Below, piece by piece: positions 19,991 to 29,052 of a stretch of 64,000 nucleotides of DNA. Origin of the DNA: Candidatus Methanophagaceae archaeon. GTDB taxonomy: Archaea > Halobacteriota > Syntropharchaeia > Alkanophagales > Methanospirareceae. The notes under the pieces are model-generated. The model saw nothing but the letters and a program-made list of their open reading frames with translations, had not been told where the DNA came from and searched no databases. The stretch lies in contig PQXC01000006.1 of assembly GCA_003194435.1 (NCBI GenBank), positions 3,981 through 67,980 of the forward strand. Direction: 5' to 3'. How positions within the stretch are numbered: position 1 is the first letter of the stretch; each line of letters opens with the position of its first letter. The translations under genes and the position numbers were made by a program.

Positions 19991-21769
19991 ATGGAAGGAC
20001 TGCTAAGGACACCGATTCTCTCTGTACTGGGACATATAGACCATGGGAAGACCACTTTACTCGATAGTATCAGAGGTACAGCAGTAGCAGCGAAGGAAGC
20101 GGGTGGCGTAACGCAGCATATAGGTGCTACGGAGATACCGATTCGGGTGATAAAGGAGATTTGTGAACCCTTAAAGAGCGATTGGACTGGAATTGAAATT
20201 CCAGGATTATTATTTATTGATACTCCAGGGCATTACGCTTTCGCATCACTGAGGAAGCGGGGAAGCGCTCTGGCAGATGTCGCGGTACTTGTGGTGGATG
20301 TGATGGAGGGTTTTCAACCCCAGACTTACGAATCGTTGAGCATTCTGAGATTATTGAAGACCCCTTTTGTTGTGGCATTGAATAAGATAGATAGAATAAA
20401 GGGCTGGCAGTCATCGAGGAAGCCATTTGTTATAAATTACCGGTCACAACCGGAGTTTGCGAGCAGGGAGCTGAATACAAGGATATACGAGATAGTGGGC
20501 GACTTATATGACAAGGGCTTCTCCGCTGACCGATATGACCGGATCAGTGACTTCTCAAGGACTGTGAGTATCGTGCCGGTGAGTGCGAAGACAGGAGAGG
20601 GGATAGCGGATTTGCTTCTTGTTCTTATAGGTCTGGCGCAGAAGTACTTTGAGAGGAACCTGCGACTGCATCTGGAGGGTCCAGGTGTGGGTACGATACT
20701 GGAGAAGAAGGAGGAGCGAGGGCTTGGAACCACGATTGATGTTATATTGTACGATGGTAAGCTCAGCGTAGGAGACACGATAGTGGTGGGGAGCGTGAAA
20801 GAAGAGCCGATAGTGACGAAGATAAGGGCATTATTGAAGCCGAGAGCACTCCAGGAGATAAGAACGGAGCAGAGATTCAGGCGTGTAAAATCCGTGAGTG
20901 CCGCTGCAGGGGTGAAGATAATGGCGCCGAATATAGAAGATGCGCTCCCTGGCTCTCGTGTTCGTGCTGTCCCCGCTACGGGTAATGTAGACGCAGATAT
21001 AGAGCGTGTAATTAAAGAGATGAAGGATGAGATAGCGGAGATGAAGCTGGACACATCATCCGAGGGGCTGATTATAAAGGCAGACACGATGGGTTCTCTG
21101 GAAGCATTAGCTCTGGAATTGAGAAGCGAGAAGATAGAGCAGATAAAGAAGGCGGAAGTGGGGAATATCTCGAGGCGGGATGTAGTTGATGCCATCATGG
21201 TCAGTGACCGTTATTTGAGAGCTATTCTGGGCTTTAATGTTGATGTTCTACCCGATGCGAGAGAAGTAGCCATGCAAAATGACATCCCTATCTTCGTGAG
21301 CGATGTCATTTACAGGGTGATAGAGGATTATGAGAACTGGGTCAAGGAGGAGAAGGAACGAGAGAGACAGGAGAAGATAGACAGGCTGACAACACCAGCG
21401 AAGATAAAGGTACTACCGGGTTGTGTATTCAGGCAGAGCAAACCTGCTATATTTGGAATTGAAGTATTGTGTGGCAGGATAAAGACTGGTGTGGAATTAA
21501 TAAAGTCAGATGGCACAAATATCGGCAGTATAAATGAGATACAGAACAGAGGAGAGAGCATAGCCACGGCAGATGAAGGCATGCAGGTGGCTATCTCAAT
21601 GAAGAAGCCCATCTTCGGACGGCATATAAAAGAGAATGATATCTTATATGTAGATGTGGATGTAGGCGTAGCGGAAGGAGCTGAGAAGGAGCTGAGAGGT
21701 TTACTCTCACCGTGTGAGGAGGAGTTACTGAGGGAAGTGTATGAAATAAAATTGAGGAGGCGAAGATGA
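19991..21769 (+). CDS. infB: Translation initiation factor aIF5B (IF2 homologue)
   Basis: GTPase G1 VLGHIDHGKTTLLD; G3 DTPGH; G4 NKID. 592 aa with C-terminal beta-barrel domains. Confidence 0.9.
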   Translation: MEGLLRTPILSVLGHIDHGKTTLLDSIRGTAVAAKEAGGVTQHIGATEIPIRVIKEICEPLKSDWTGIEIPGLLFIDTPGHYAFASLRKRGSALADVAVLVVDVMEGFQPQTYESLSILRLLKTPFVVALNKIDRIKGWQSSRKPFVINYRSQPEFASRELNTRIYEIVGDLYDKGFSADRYDRISDFSRTVSIVPVSAKTGEGIADLLLVLIGLAQKYFERNLRLHLEGPGVGTILEKKEERGLGTTIDVILYDGKLSVGDTIVVGSVKEEPIVTKIRALLKPRALQEIRTEQRFRRVKSVSAAAGVKIMAPNIEDALPGSRVRAVPATGNVDADIERVIKEMKDEIAEMKLDTSSEGLIIKADTMGSLEALALELRSEKIEQIKKAEVGNISRRDVVDAIMVSDRYLRAILGFNVDVLPDAREVAMQNDIPIFVSDVIYRVIEDYENWVKEEKERERQEKIDRLTTPAKIKVLPGCVFRQSKPAIFGIEVLCGRIKTGVELIKSDGTNIGSINEIQNRGESIATADEGMQVAISMKKPIFGRHIKENDILYVDVDVGVAEGAEKELRGLLSPCEEELLREVYEIKLRRRR

Positions 21770-21770
21770 G

Positions 21771-22166
21771 ATGCAGGTCGTGATTAGTGATCCAAAGACG
21801 GGTAAGGCATACAAGCTGGAAGGTAAGGATACGGAAGTGAGTGCCTTATTCGTGGGTAAGCGGATAGGGGATTTAGTGGATGGAGACATTCTGGGGCTAA
21901 GTGGCTATATGCTGGAAGTAAGGGGTGGCTCAGACCGTGATGGAGTGCCAATGCGGGCTGATGTACCAGGGGCAGGGAGGAGGAGAATCCTGATCGCTTC
22001 ACCGCCCGGTTACAGACCCCGGGAAAAGGGCAAGAGGAGGAGGAAGTATGTCCGTGGTAATGAAATTTCAACTGATATATCGCAGATAAACGTGAAGATA
22101 AGAATGTATGGTCACCAGCCGATAGAGAAGATATTTGGTGAGGTGAAAGAGGGAGGGGAGGCGTAG
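21771..22166 (+). CDS. rps6e: 30S ribosomal protein S6e
   Basis: MQVVISDPKTGKAYKLE...GKRIGDLVDG...RRRKYVRGNEIS, S6e family. Starts 2 nt after the infB stop. Confidence 0.85.
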   Translation: MQVVISDPKTGKAYKLEGKDTEVSALFVGKRIGDLVDGDILGLSGYMLEVRGGSDRDGVPMRADVPGAGRRRILIASPPGYRPREKGKRRRKYVRGNEISTDISQINVKIRMYGHQPIEKIFGEVKEGGEA

Positions 22167-22218
22167 GCGTGGTTGAGTTCTTTGTTCCCTGTTCCTTGAT
22201 TGAGAGCATGTTAATGTT

Positions 22219-22515
22219 ATGCGAAGAGCAACCTCTTTTCATCCAAATGCATATTTGAAACACAGGAGGAATGTCGTGAGTGGCTTAAAGGCGAGGACAA
22301 AGATAATCAAGATGATGGAGAATGTGGATACGGAAACGGGAGCTGGAAAGGAAACGACGGCAAGGATGATATCGCAGTTCCTTAGCTTGAGTTATCGGGC
22401 ATCTTTACACCATTTACACCTGCTGGAGGAGGAGAAGATAGTGAAACGAAGCGGTAAGAGACCCTATAAGTGGGCATTGACCGGTAAAGGGCAAAAGGGC
22501 GTCGTCGAAGAATGA
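22219..22515 (+). CDS. Small winged-helix protein (probable start at the internal MMENV)
   Basis: ARMISQFLSLSYRASLHHLHLLEEEKIVKRSGKRPYKWALTGKG resembles a wHTH. Start uncertain. Confidence 0.35.
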   Translation: MRRATSFHPNAYLKHRRNVVSGLKARTKIIKMMENVDTETGAGKETTARMISQFLSLSYRASLHHLHLLEEEKIVKRSGKRPYKWALTGKGQKGVVEE

Positions 22516-22525
22516 TGAATGATGA

Positions 22526-23629
22526 ATGATGAATGAAGAATTGCTCATGATTCCAGGACCGGTGCCGGTACTACCTCGCATTCGTAATGCGATGTCAAAG
22601 CCGATGATATACCACCGGGGAGAGGAATTCAGGGCGATGTATGAGGAGATAGTAGCAACGCTGAAGTGGATATTTCAGACGAGGAACGACCTCTTCGTGC
22701 TCTCAGGCTCAGGCACATGTGCAATGGAAGCGGCGATAGGCAACCTCGTTCGTAAGGATACCCCGGTGGTGAGCATAGCCAATGGCAAATTTGGCGAGCG
22801 GTTAGTTGAGATAGGAAACAGGTATAGCGATAATGTCACCCCGGTTAACTTCGAATGGGGCAGTCCAATCGAACTGGAGGAAGTGAAGGCGGCTATGGAG
22901 GAGAAGCATCCTCAGGTTGTTACAATGGTGCATAACGAGACATCAACAGGTATACTCAATCCAGCAGAGGCTATTGCAAGACTCACACGTAAGTACAATG
23001 CACTGTTCGTGCTGGATTGCATCACCTCAATTGGGGGCTACGAAGTGCCGGTAGACGATTGGGGGGTGGACATTGCCATTGTCGGCTCACAGAAATGCCT
23101 CGGTGCACCACCCGGGCTGTCGGCAATCTCGGTAAGTGAGCGTGCATGGAAGATGATGCTGGGTGATAATGATAATAGTGAGAGTAGGGAGAGACCATAT
23201 TATATGGACCTCATCGCTTACAGAGATAGTTTTGAGAAGGGACAAACACCCTATACACCTGCTTTACCTCTGTTCTTTGCATTGCGAGAGGCACTGGAGG
23301 TGATAAAGGAGGAAGGGATGGCAAAGCGAGTAGAACGTCACAGGCGACTCGCAGATACTCTCCGCTCTGCTGTCACAAATCTGGGATTGAGTTTATTTCC
23401 GAGACTGAACGATGTGAGTGCATACTCCAACACGGTGACCGCAATAAAGGTACCTGAGTGGCTCGATGATGCGCACTTGAGGGGTGGTATGCGAGAGAGG
23501 GGGGTGATGGTCGCAGGTGGTCAGGGTAAGCTGAAGGGCAAGATATTTCGGATAGCCACAATGGGGAATATAACAGAGGGTGAAGTCTCGAGAACCATAC
23601 AGGCACTGGAAAGTGCACTCAGGGGGTGA
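22526..23629 (+). CDS. PLP-dependent aminotransferase class V (serine-pyruvate/alanine-glyoxylate/phosphoserine aminotransferase family)
   Basis: 367 aa; [12 protein letters not shown]...; PLP-lysine region [11 protein letters not shown]. Confidence 0.8.
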   Translation: MMNEELLMIPGPVPVLPRIRNAMSKPMIYHRGEEFRAMYEEIVATLKWIFQTRNDLFVLSGSGTCAMEAAIGNLVRKDTPVVSIANGKFGERLVEIGNRYSDNVTPVNFEWGSPIELEEVKAAMEEKHPQVVTMVHNETSTGILNPAEAIARLTRKYNALFVLDCITSIGGYEVPVDDWGVDIAIVGSQKCLGAPPGLSAISVSERAWKMMLGDNDNSESRERPYYMDLIAYRDSFEKGQTPYTPALPLFFALREALEVIKEEGMAKRVERHRRLADTLRSAVTNLGLSLFPRLNDVSAYSNTVTAIKVPEWLDDAHLRGGMRERGVMVAGGQGKLKGKIFRIATMGNITEGEVSRTIQALESALRG

Positions 23630-24099
23630 AGGAGAGAGGAATGAAGAAGGAGTTGAAGGTAGTTCCTATAAAAAATGGCACCGTTATTGACCACATCTCT
23701 GCCGGTCAGGCACTGAATGTGCTTCACATATTGGGTATCAATGGTAAGACTGATGCGGTTGTGAGTGTGGTGATGAACGTACGGAGTGGAAAGATGGGGA
23801 GGAAGGATATAGTGAAGGTAGAGGACAGGGAACTAAAGCCGGAGGAGGTGGATAAAATCGCTTTGATTGCGCCAAATGCCACTATAAATATAATACGCGA
23901 CTCGGAAGTGATAGAGAAGCATAAGGTATATTTACCTGAGTTTATAGAGGGTATAATAAGATGTTCGAATCCCAATTGCATATCTAATGCGGAGCGTGAG
24001 CCGGTTGTACCGAGATTTGTGACTTTAAGCACGAATCCTCCGAGGTTCCGGTGTTTCTACTGTGAGCGGATAATGGAGGATGTATCAGGGTATATATAG
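23626..24099 (+). CDS. pyrI: Aspartate carbamoyltransferase regulatory subunit
   Basis: [16 protein letters not shown]-domain and C-terminal Zn domain CSNPNCIS...FRCFYCE. No pyrB adjacent. Confidence 0.85.
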   Translation: MKERGMKKELKVVPIKNGTVIDHISAGQALNVLHILGINGKTDAVVSVVMNVRSGKMGRKDIVKVEDRELKPEEVDKIALIAPNATINIIRDSEVIEKHKVYLPEFIEGIIRCSNPNCISNAEREPVVPRFVTLSTNPPRFRCFYCERIMEDVSGYI

Positions 24100-24117
24100 T
24101 ATATAAAAGAGGATATA

Positions 24118-24687
24118 ATGAGTAGGAATGCGCGAGTGAAGCGGGAGACGAAGGAGACGAGTGTGGAGGTGGAACTTGAACTTGATGGTAACGGTGCCAC
24201 CAGGATAGACACCGGAATTAAATTCTTTGACCATATCCTCACTGCTTTCGCCACTCACGGGTTCTTTGACCTCGTTGTGGATGCGGAAGGTGACCTGAGC
24301 CATCATATCATTGAGGACACTGCTATCACGCTCGGTAAAGCGTTCAAAGATGCAATTGCAGCCGATAGGACGAAGACCGTGCGGTATGGTCTCGCTGCGG
24401 TGCCCATGGATGAATCCATTGCGAGATGTGCAGTAGATATAGGCAGTATAGGTGGAGAGGGTAGAAGTTATACGGTCCTGGAACTGGGCTTGGCAAGGGA
24501 GCGGGTTGAGGACGTCAGCACCGAGGACATACCCCATTTCCTAAATTCTTTCGCATCTCATGCAAATCTCACACTCCACATATATGCACGGGGCGGTAAC
24601 GAGCACCACAAGATAGAAGCGATATTTAAGGCGCTTGGAATTGCACTGGATAAGGCAACGAGGGTAGAAGAGAGGAGGGTAAAGTAA
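24118..24687 (+). CDS. hisB: Imidazoleglycerol-phosphate dehydratase
   Basis: RETKETSVEVELELDG, FFDHILTAFATHG, HHIIED motifs. Confidence 0.9.
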   Translation: MSRNARVKRETKETSVEVELELDGNGATRIDTGIKFFDHILTAFATHGFFDLVVDAEGDLSHHIIEDTAITLGKAFKDAIAADRTKTVRYGLAAVPMDESIARCAVDIGSIGGEGRSYTVLELGLARERVEDVSTEDIPHFLNSFASHANLTLHIYARGGNEHHKIEAIFKALGIALDKATRVEERRVK

Positions 24688-24769
24688 TACAGTAACGCGA
24701 ACACGTATACTATACCCATTTCTTGAATAAAACCAATTTACGGGGTAGTAAACATAGAGCTCAAGGGGC

Positions 24770-24839
24770 GATCCGCTAATCTTGATGACCCAAACCCTTA
24801 CGGGCTTCGCATACCCGCAAAGCGTTATACGCCATGCCT
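24770..24839 (-). repeat. Diverged, inverted copy (D) of the structured repeat family; core gcgttatacgccatgcct at 24822-24839
   Basis: Reverse complement reads ttaggcatggcgtataacgctttgcgggtatgcgaagcccgtaaggg. Shares the 16-18-bp core with 7199-7214, 5360-5375 and 25473-25488. Confidence 0.5.
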
Positions 24840-24848
24840 AAGAGGTAG

Positions 24849-25278
24849 ATGAAGATGAGAAGAAAGATAAGAGTATACTTGGTCACTTCGGTAATTTCAG
24901 CGCTATTTGATGAAAGGAATCCAGAGAGGAAATCACTCACAGAAGCTTTTTTCGCGGAAATAGATAATTTTGAGACTTTCATCCCGCACTCCCGACATGG
25001 AACTCCAAAGCAAATTGAAGGATGCAGTATCGCGATTTTCAGTGCTCTCTTTAACCGATGACGTTGAATGGGTAGCGCGCGAGTATATCCCAGTTCCAGA
25101 GAGTTACTCTGAGGATGCCTACCATATTGCCATCGCTGTTATAAACGAGGTAGACTATCTTTTGAGTTGGAACTTCAAGCACATAGTGAGGAGGAAAACG
25201 AGAGACATAGTGAGGATGGTAAATACTTTAAATAACCTGAGACAAATAGAAATTATGGCACCTGCAGAATTGCTATAG
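24849..25278 (+). pseudogene. PIN-domain (VapC-like) toxin gene split by a +1 frameshift; first catalytic Asp replaced (RVYLVTSVISAL)
   Basis: ORF 24849..25061 carries the N-terminal PIN strand (vyLDTsvi-like). ORF 24970..25278 in the +1 frame carries the C-terminal PIN half (DAYHIAIAVINEVDYLLSWNFKHI). Confidence 0.55.
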
Positions 25279-25287
25279 GAGGCAGAT

Positions 25288-25614
25288 ATGAGCAAGATTA
25301 AGGAAGAAGATATTGAGAACATAAGAAAAGCCATAGAAAAGGAGTTTCCAGAAGACCCTGCTTTACAACAGGTTCACATCGCGAGGAAAATCATTGCTAA
25401 AGAAGCGCAACTTGAAGGATTAAGTTTCTTTGAATACGTCAAATTGTTGGGGAAGCGAGTAGTTAACAATGAAGGCACGGCGTATAACAGAGCGTATCTG
25501 GCTTCGGTTATAGCCTTCGCCAAAATTCCCACGCGGGGAACTTCAGATACGCTCGGAACGTTATCTGCAATTGCTTGGCTTATAGTGAGGTGTGAAAATG
25601 GGACGTCTTATTAA
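25288..25614 (+). CDS. Hypothetical protein (108-aa ORF whose C-terminal 45 codons run through structured repeat A)
   Basis: ORF only. The 3' third is encoded by the repeat, so the native stop is probably lost. Confidence 0.3.
   Translation: MSKIKEEDIENIRKAIEKEFPEDPALQQVHIARKIIAKEAQLEGLSFFEYVKLLGKRVVNNEGTAYNRAYLASVIAFAKIPTRGTSDTLGTLSAIAWLIVRCENGTSY
25473..25565 (+). repeat. Structured repeat A (reference copy): AGGCACGGCGTATAAC-aga-GCGTATCTG-[two hairpins]-CAGATACGC-tcggaac-GTTATC
   Basis: Seen directly. 9-11-bp perfect inverted repeat, internal GGCTTCGG...AGCC and TTCCCacgcGGGGAA hairpins, ATAAC/GTTAT outer inverted boxes. Confidence 0.6.
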
Positions 25615-26950
25615 AATACACGATATAGACGAGTTTTCAGAAGTCAAAACTATCCCAGATGCAACTATAAATAACGAAATACTGACTAACATCAGAAATT
25701 TAGATGAAAAAAAGGAACTGGAGCGTTTTCTTCGAGAAATTTTATATGATCCAAATGAAACTCCTCATGGTCCTACGGAAATAGCAGATATATTGACAAA
25801 TGTACATGTTAGAGGAGATAAGCGATTAACTGCTTTTGTTTTGAAAGGAAAAAGCTTCCAAAGAGTTTCAAGTAGACATGTAACTCATCAATTCGCTAAA
25901 CTCCGGCAAATCTCAGAACTCGGTTTGATGGTTTTTGGAGCAGTCGGGAATATCCAAGATGATGCTCAGAGAGATTTTGTGCAAATAGCTATTGATGCAG
26001 GATGTGACTATCTTATCATGGATGCTCAGGACTTGGCACGCTTGTTTATTGCCTATGAAAAAATCTGTCCAAAAGATGGGACACCTTATGATGATACAGG
26101 CACATGTAAAAAAGGGCATGTGCGAGATAAGGGTTTGCCTTTAGAAATGGAAGTAAGAGAAAAAATACGATACACCATTGTAAATCAAAAAGACGTAAGC
26201 CACGCTGGAGCCAAACGTTACTCTGCTACTATTCTTTTAGACAGGCATTATCCTAAGGATGTAATTAGAACAATTATTCAAGAAGCAACAGAGAAGCTGA
26301 AATATAGCAGTTATTACCGTAGTGAACGACTGAAAGCACGCTGGGGGAAAAATCCTGCTCATGTAGTGTGGCTATTCATAGCTTATGACTTAGAGGATAT
26401 TCAAAATGCAAATTGGGTCTGTCGTACTTGTTGGATAGATCCATCGTTAACAAAAGATATGCGTCCTGTTGATTTAAATGGTAATGAAAAACTCGGAGAT
26501 ATAGAAATCCTTTGGAACGATGACTATAAACCATATAAGAACTTCTTTGAAACTTTCTCTGGCACGAAGGAGGAATTTTTGGGAGCCATTCAGCCCATAT
26601 TGAATGAAATGATAGAGTTTGCTAAACGAGCAATTGAGTATTTTGAAGAATACCGCCGAGGGAACATTCCTGAAGAGGAGTTGATCTTGAGGATGCAAAA
26701 GATGGAACCAAGGGTCACGGAATTTTACTTGCAATCAGGAAATATCCCTATGCCTCCCGAAGACTGTAAGGACTATGACCAAGCTTGCCAGAATATTTTT
26801 GCTACTATCCACGATATGTTTCTCTATTTTTCTAAAAGAGGGTTAGAAACATGGCCTAAACGAAATAGAGATTGGTTAATGCAGGACACTATAAAGCGAT
26901 TTTATAATGATATGAATAGGATTAGATTTGAAGAGACTAAGATACATTGA
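25592..26950 (+). CDS. Hypothetical 452-aa protein, island cargo (possible nuclease-like N-domain)
   Basis: Long intact ORF with no recognisable motif beyond a possible alpha/beta N-domain. Bounded by repeat A upstream and half-repeat C starting at its stop codon. Confidence 0.55.
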   Translation: MKMGRLIKIHDIDEFSEVKTIPDATINNEILTNIRNLDEKKELERFLREILYDPNETPHGPTEIADILTNVHVRGDKRLTAFVLKGKSFQRVSSRHVTHQFAKLRQISELGLMVFGAVGNIQDDAQRDFVQIAIDAGCDYLIMDAQDLARLFIAYEKICPKDGTPYDDTGTCKKGHVRDKGLPLEMEVREKIRYTIVNQKDVSHAGAKRYSATILLDRHYPKDVIRTIIQEATEKLKYSSYYRSERLKARWGKNPAHVVWLFIAYDLEDIQNANWVCRTCWIDPSLTKDMRPVDLNGNEKLGDIEILWNDDYKPYKNFFETFSGTKEEFLGAIQPILNEMIEFAKRAIEYFEEYRRGNIPEEELILRMQKMEPRVTEFYLQSGNIPMPPEDCKDYDQACQNIFATIHDMFLYFSKRGLETWPKRNRDWLMQDTIKRFYNDMNRIRFEETKIH

Positions 26951-26951
26951 T

Positions 26952-26976
26952 ACTTCAGATACGCTCGAAACGCTAA
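26952..26976 (+). repeat. Half copy (right arm, cttcagatacgctcgaaacg) of the structured repeat family
   Basis: Matches the right arm of repeat A in the same orientation. Begins immediately after the TGA of the 452-aa gene. Confidence 0.5.
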
Positions 26977-26977
26977 G

Positions 26978-27739
26978 TGGCAAAAAGAGTTTACAAGAGG
27001 GTTACAGGAGCTCCTAAAATCCTATGTAGATAGGGAAGCGACAAAAAATTATCAAAGGATTATCCCAGATACTGGAAAATTTTATGGAGTTCCACTTCCT
27101 GTTTTGAGAATAATATCTGCCGAAATAGGAAAGTTTATCCAGAAAGAACCAACAAAAGCTACGACATTGTTAGAAACTATCTGGGATGAAGGTTCCTTTG
27201 AATCAAGACAGATAGCAGGGAAATGCTTAGAGAAGTTTGGTCCAAAGAATCCAAAAATTTGTTTAGATTTTGTCTCTTCAGTATTACCTGATCTTGATAA
27301 TTGGGCTGTTTGTGATAATCTTGCCATGTGTGGAGTAGAACCAATAGTTTATTCCAATCCGGAACTCGTTTTACCTCTCTCTGAAAGATGGATTAAGAGC
27401 GAGAACAAATGGATCAGGCGGTTTGGAGTGGTAAGTTTACGAGGATACAAGAGAATCCAAATAACAGATAAAGCTTTCGAGATTCTTGATCTGGTCATGG
27501 AAGACAAAGACAAAGATATAAAAAAGGCGGTATCGTGGGTTTTGAGAGAAATAACAAAGAAGAATCCAGATGGGGTGGCAGAGTTTTTAACACGATGGGC
27601 AGAGGCAAAGCCAGATAAGAATGCGAGATGGATCATAAAGGATGGGATGAAAAAGCTGCCAAAAGAAATGCAGACTGAAATCTTAACTTGGGGTGCACCC
27701 CTAAAAGTAGACAGTAAGTTAAGAAATAAGAAAAAATGA
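26978..27739 (+). pseudogene. AlkD-like DNA alkylation repair (HEAT-repeat DNA glycosylase) gene, start codon lost at 5' end and 3' end reading into the IS3 inverted repeat
   Basis: Open frame from 26951 with no ATG/GTG until TTG 27104, yet the upstream codons encode the conserved AlkD N-terminal region (LQELLKSYVDREATKNYQRIIPDTGKFYGVPLPVLRIISAEIGK). Same frame as the 452-aa ORF, separated by one TGA. The last 17 codons (WGAPLKVDSKLRNKKK) are IS terminal-repeat sequence. Confidence 0.55.
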
Positions 27740-28071
27740 AAAAGGGGTGCAAGATGAAAAGAAGGAGGCAATATACACGGGATTTCAAAATTGGTGTAAT
27801 TAGAGAGGTCGAGAGTGGAAAAACGCTTGCCCAGGTGTCACGTGAGAACGAGATACATCCATCTCTCGTGGTGAAATGGAAGAAGGAATACTTTAGGGAC
27901 CCGGAAAATGCCTTTCGTGGCAACGGGAAGGCATATAAAGAGCAAGCAAGGATGGCAGAGCTTGAAAGGCTGGTTGGGCAGTTATACGCAGAAAACGAGT
28001 TTTTAAAAAAAGCATTGACCAGATTGGAAGTCAAAATCAAGGAAGAGGAGGTAAAAGAAGCACGGGGGTGA
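27736..28071 (+). CDS. IS3-family transposase OrfA (HTH)
   Basis: RRQYTRDFKIGVIREVESGKTLAQVSRENEIHPSLVVKWKKEY, leucine-zipper-like C-terminus. Confidence 0.85.
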   Translation: MKKGCKMKRRRQYTRDFKIGVIREVESGKTLAQVSRENEIHPSLVVKWKKEYFRDPENAFRGNGKAYKEQARMAELERLVGQLYAENEFLKKALTRLEVKIKEEEVKEARG

Positions 28072-29003
28072 AATACATGCTCATAAAAGAGAGTCTCGAA
28101 TCTGGAAGCCAAATATCAGTAAATCGAGCCACGCAATTATTGGGCGTAAGCAGATGCGGGTTCTATAAGTGGCTCGGGCAATCGAAGACCGGACAGGTGA
28201 ACGCCATACCGGACATGGACGTTAGAAACGAAATACAGAAGATCGCCGTGGAGTTCCCCGCATACGGATACAGACGGATAACCGCCGAACTCCGGAATCG
28301 TGGTTATTCGGTGAACCATAAACGTGTACTCAGGCTCATGAGAGAAGACAATCTCCTTTGCGTTCGTAAGGATTTTAAGCCAAAAACCACCGATTCCAGG
28401 CACGATCTCAGGGTCTATCCCAATCTTGTGAAGGGGTTGAAGATAACCCGATTGAATCAGGTATGGGCTTCCGATATCACTTATATCCGTCTATCGGGCG
28501 AATTCGTCTACCTGGCGGTAATCCTGGACCTCTTCAGCAGGAAATGCATCGGATGGAATCTGGATAGAAGCCTTCACACAGAACTGGCGTTAAAAGCTCT
28601 GGCTATGGCAATAGAAACACGCTGGAATGAGAACCTGCGGGGACTGATTCACCACTCAGATCAGGGAGTTCAATATGCCTCGGAAGAATATATCGGATGT
28701 CTCAAAGCGCATGGAATCCTGATCAGCATGTCAGCGCGTGGCAACCCCTACGATAATGCATTCGTAGAGAGCTTCATCCGGACATTGAAGTATGAAGAGG
28801 TCTATCTCAATGAATATGAGACCTTCTCCGACGCCTTAGATAATATCGCTCATTTCATAGAGGACGTATACAACAAAAAGAGGCTGCATTCTGCCATAGG
28901 GTACCGCTCTCCCATAGACTTCGAGAAGGAAATGGAGATGGAGATGGAGATGGAAATGGAAAAGGGGGTGAAAGCATCGAAAGTTTTAAATACTGTTTCT
29001 TAA
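28068..29003 (+). CDS. IS3-family transposase OrfB (rve integrase core, DDE)
   Basis: WASDITYIR...HHSDQGVQYAS...NAFVESF (D, D, E triad region). In the -1 frame relative to orfA. Confidence 0.85.
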   Translation: MKYMLIKESLESGSQISVNRATQLLGVSRCGFYKWLGQSKTGQVNAIPDMDVRNEIQKIAVEFPAYGYRRITAELRNRGYSVNHKRVLRLMREDNLLCVRKDFKPKTTDSRHDLRVYPNLVKGLKITRLNQVWASDITYIRLSGEFVYLAVILDLFSRKCIGWNLDRSLHTELALKALAMAIETRWNENLRGLIHHSDQGVQYASEEYIGCLKAHGILISMSARGNPYDNAFVESFIRTLKYEEVYLNEYETFSDALDNIAHFIEDVYNKKRLHSAIGYRSPIDFEKEMEMEMEMEMEKGVKASKVLNTVS

Positions 29004-29052
29004 CTAGTTGTATACTAACAGGGGTGCACCCCAACTCTTTTAGATTGAGAAT

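Larger units (their letters stand above)
27689..29033 (+). mobile_element. IS3-family insertion sequence, intact: about 40-bp imperfect TIRs (TGGGGTGCACCCCT...), orfA/orfB with A7G slippery site, 3-bp TSD ACT
   Basis: Left TIR ttggggtgcacccctaaaagtagacagtaagttaag vs right TIR (rc) ttggggtgcacccctgttagtatacaactagttaag. Termini TG...CA flanked by act (27686-88 and 29034-36). tttaaaaaaag at 27998-28012 upstream of the orfA/orfB -1 overlap. Confidence 0.8.
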
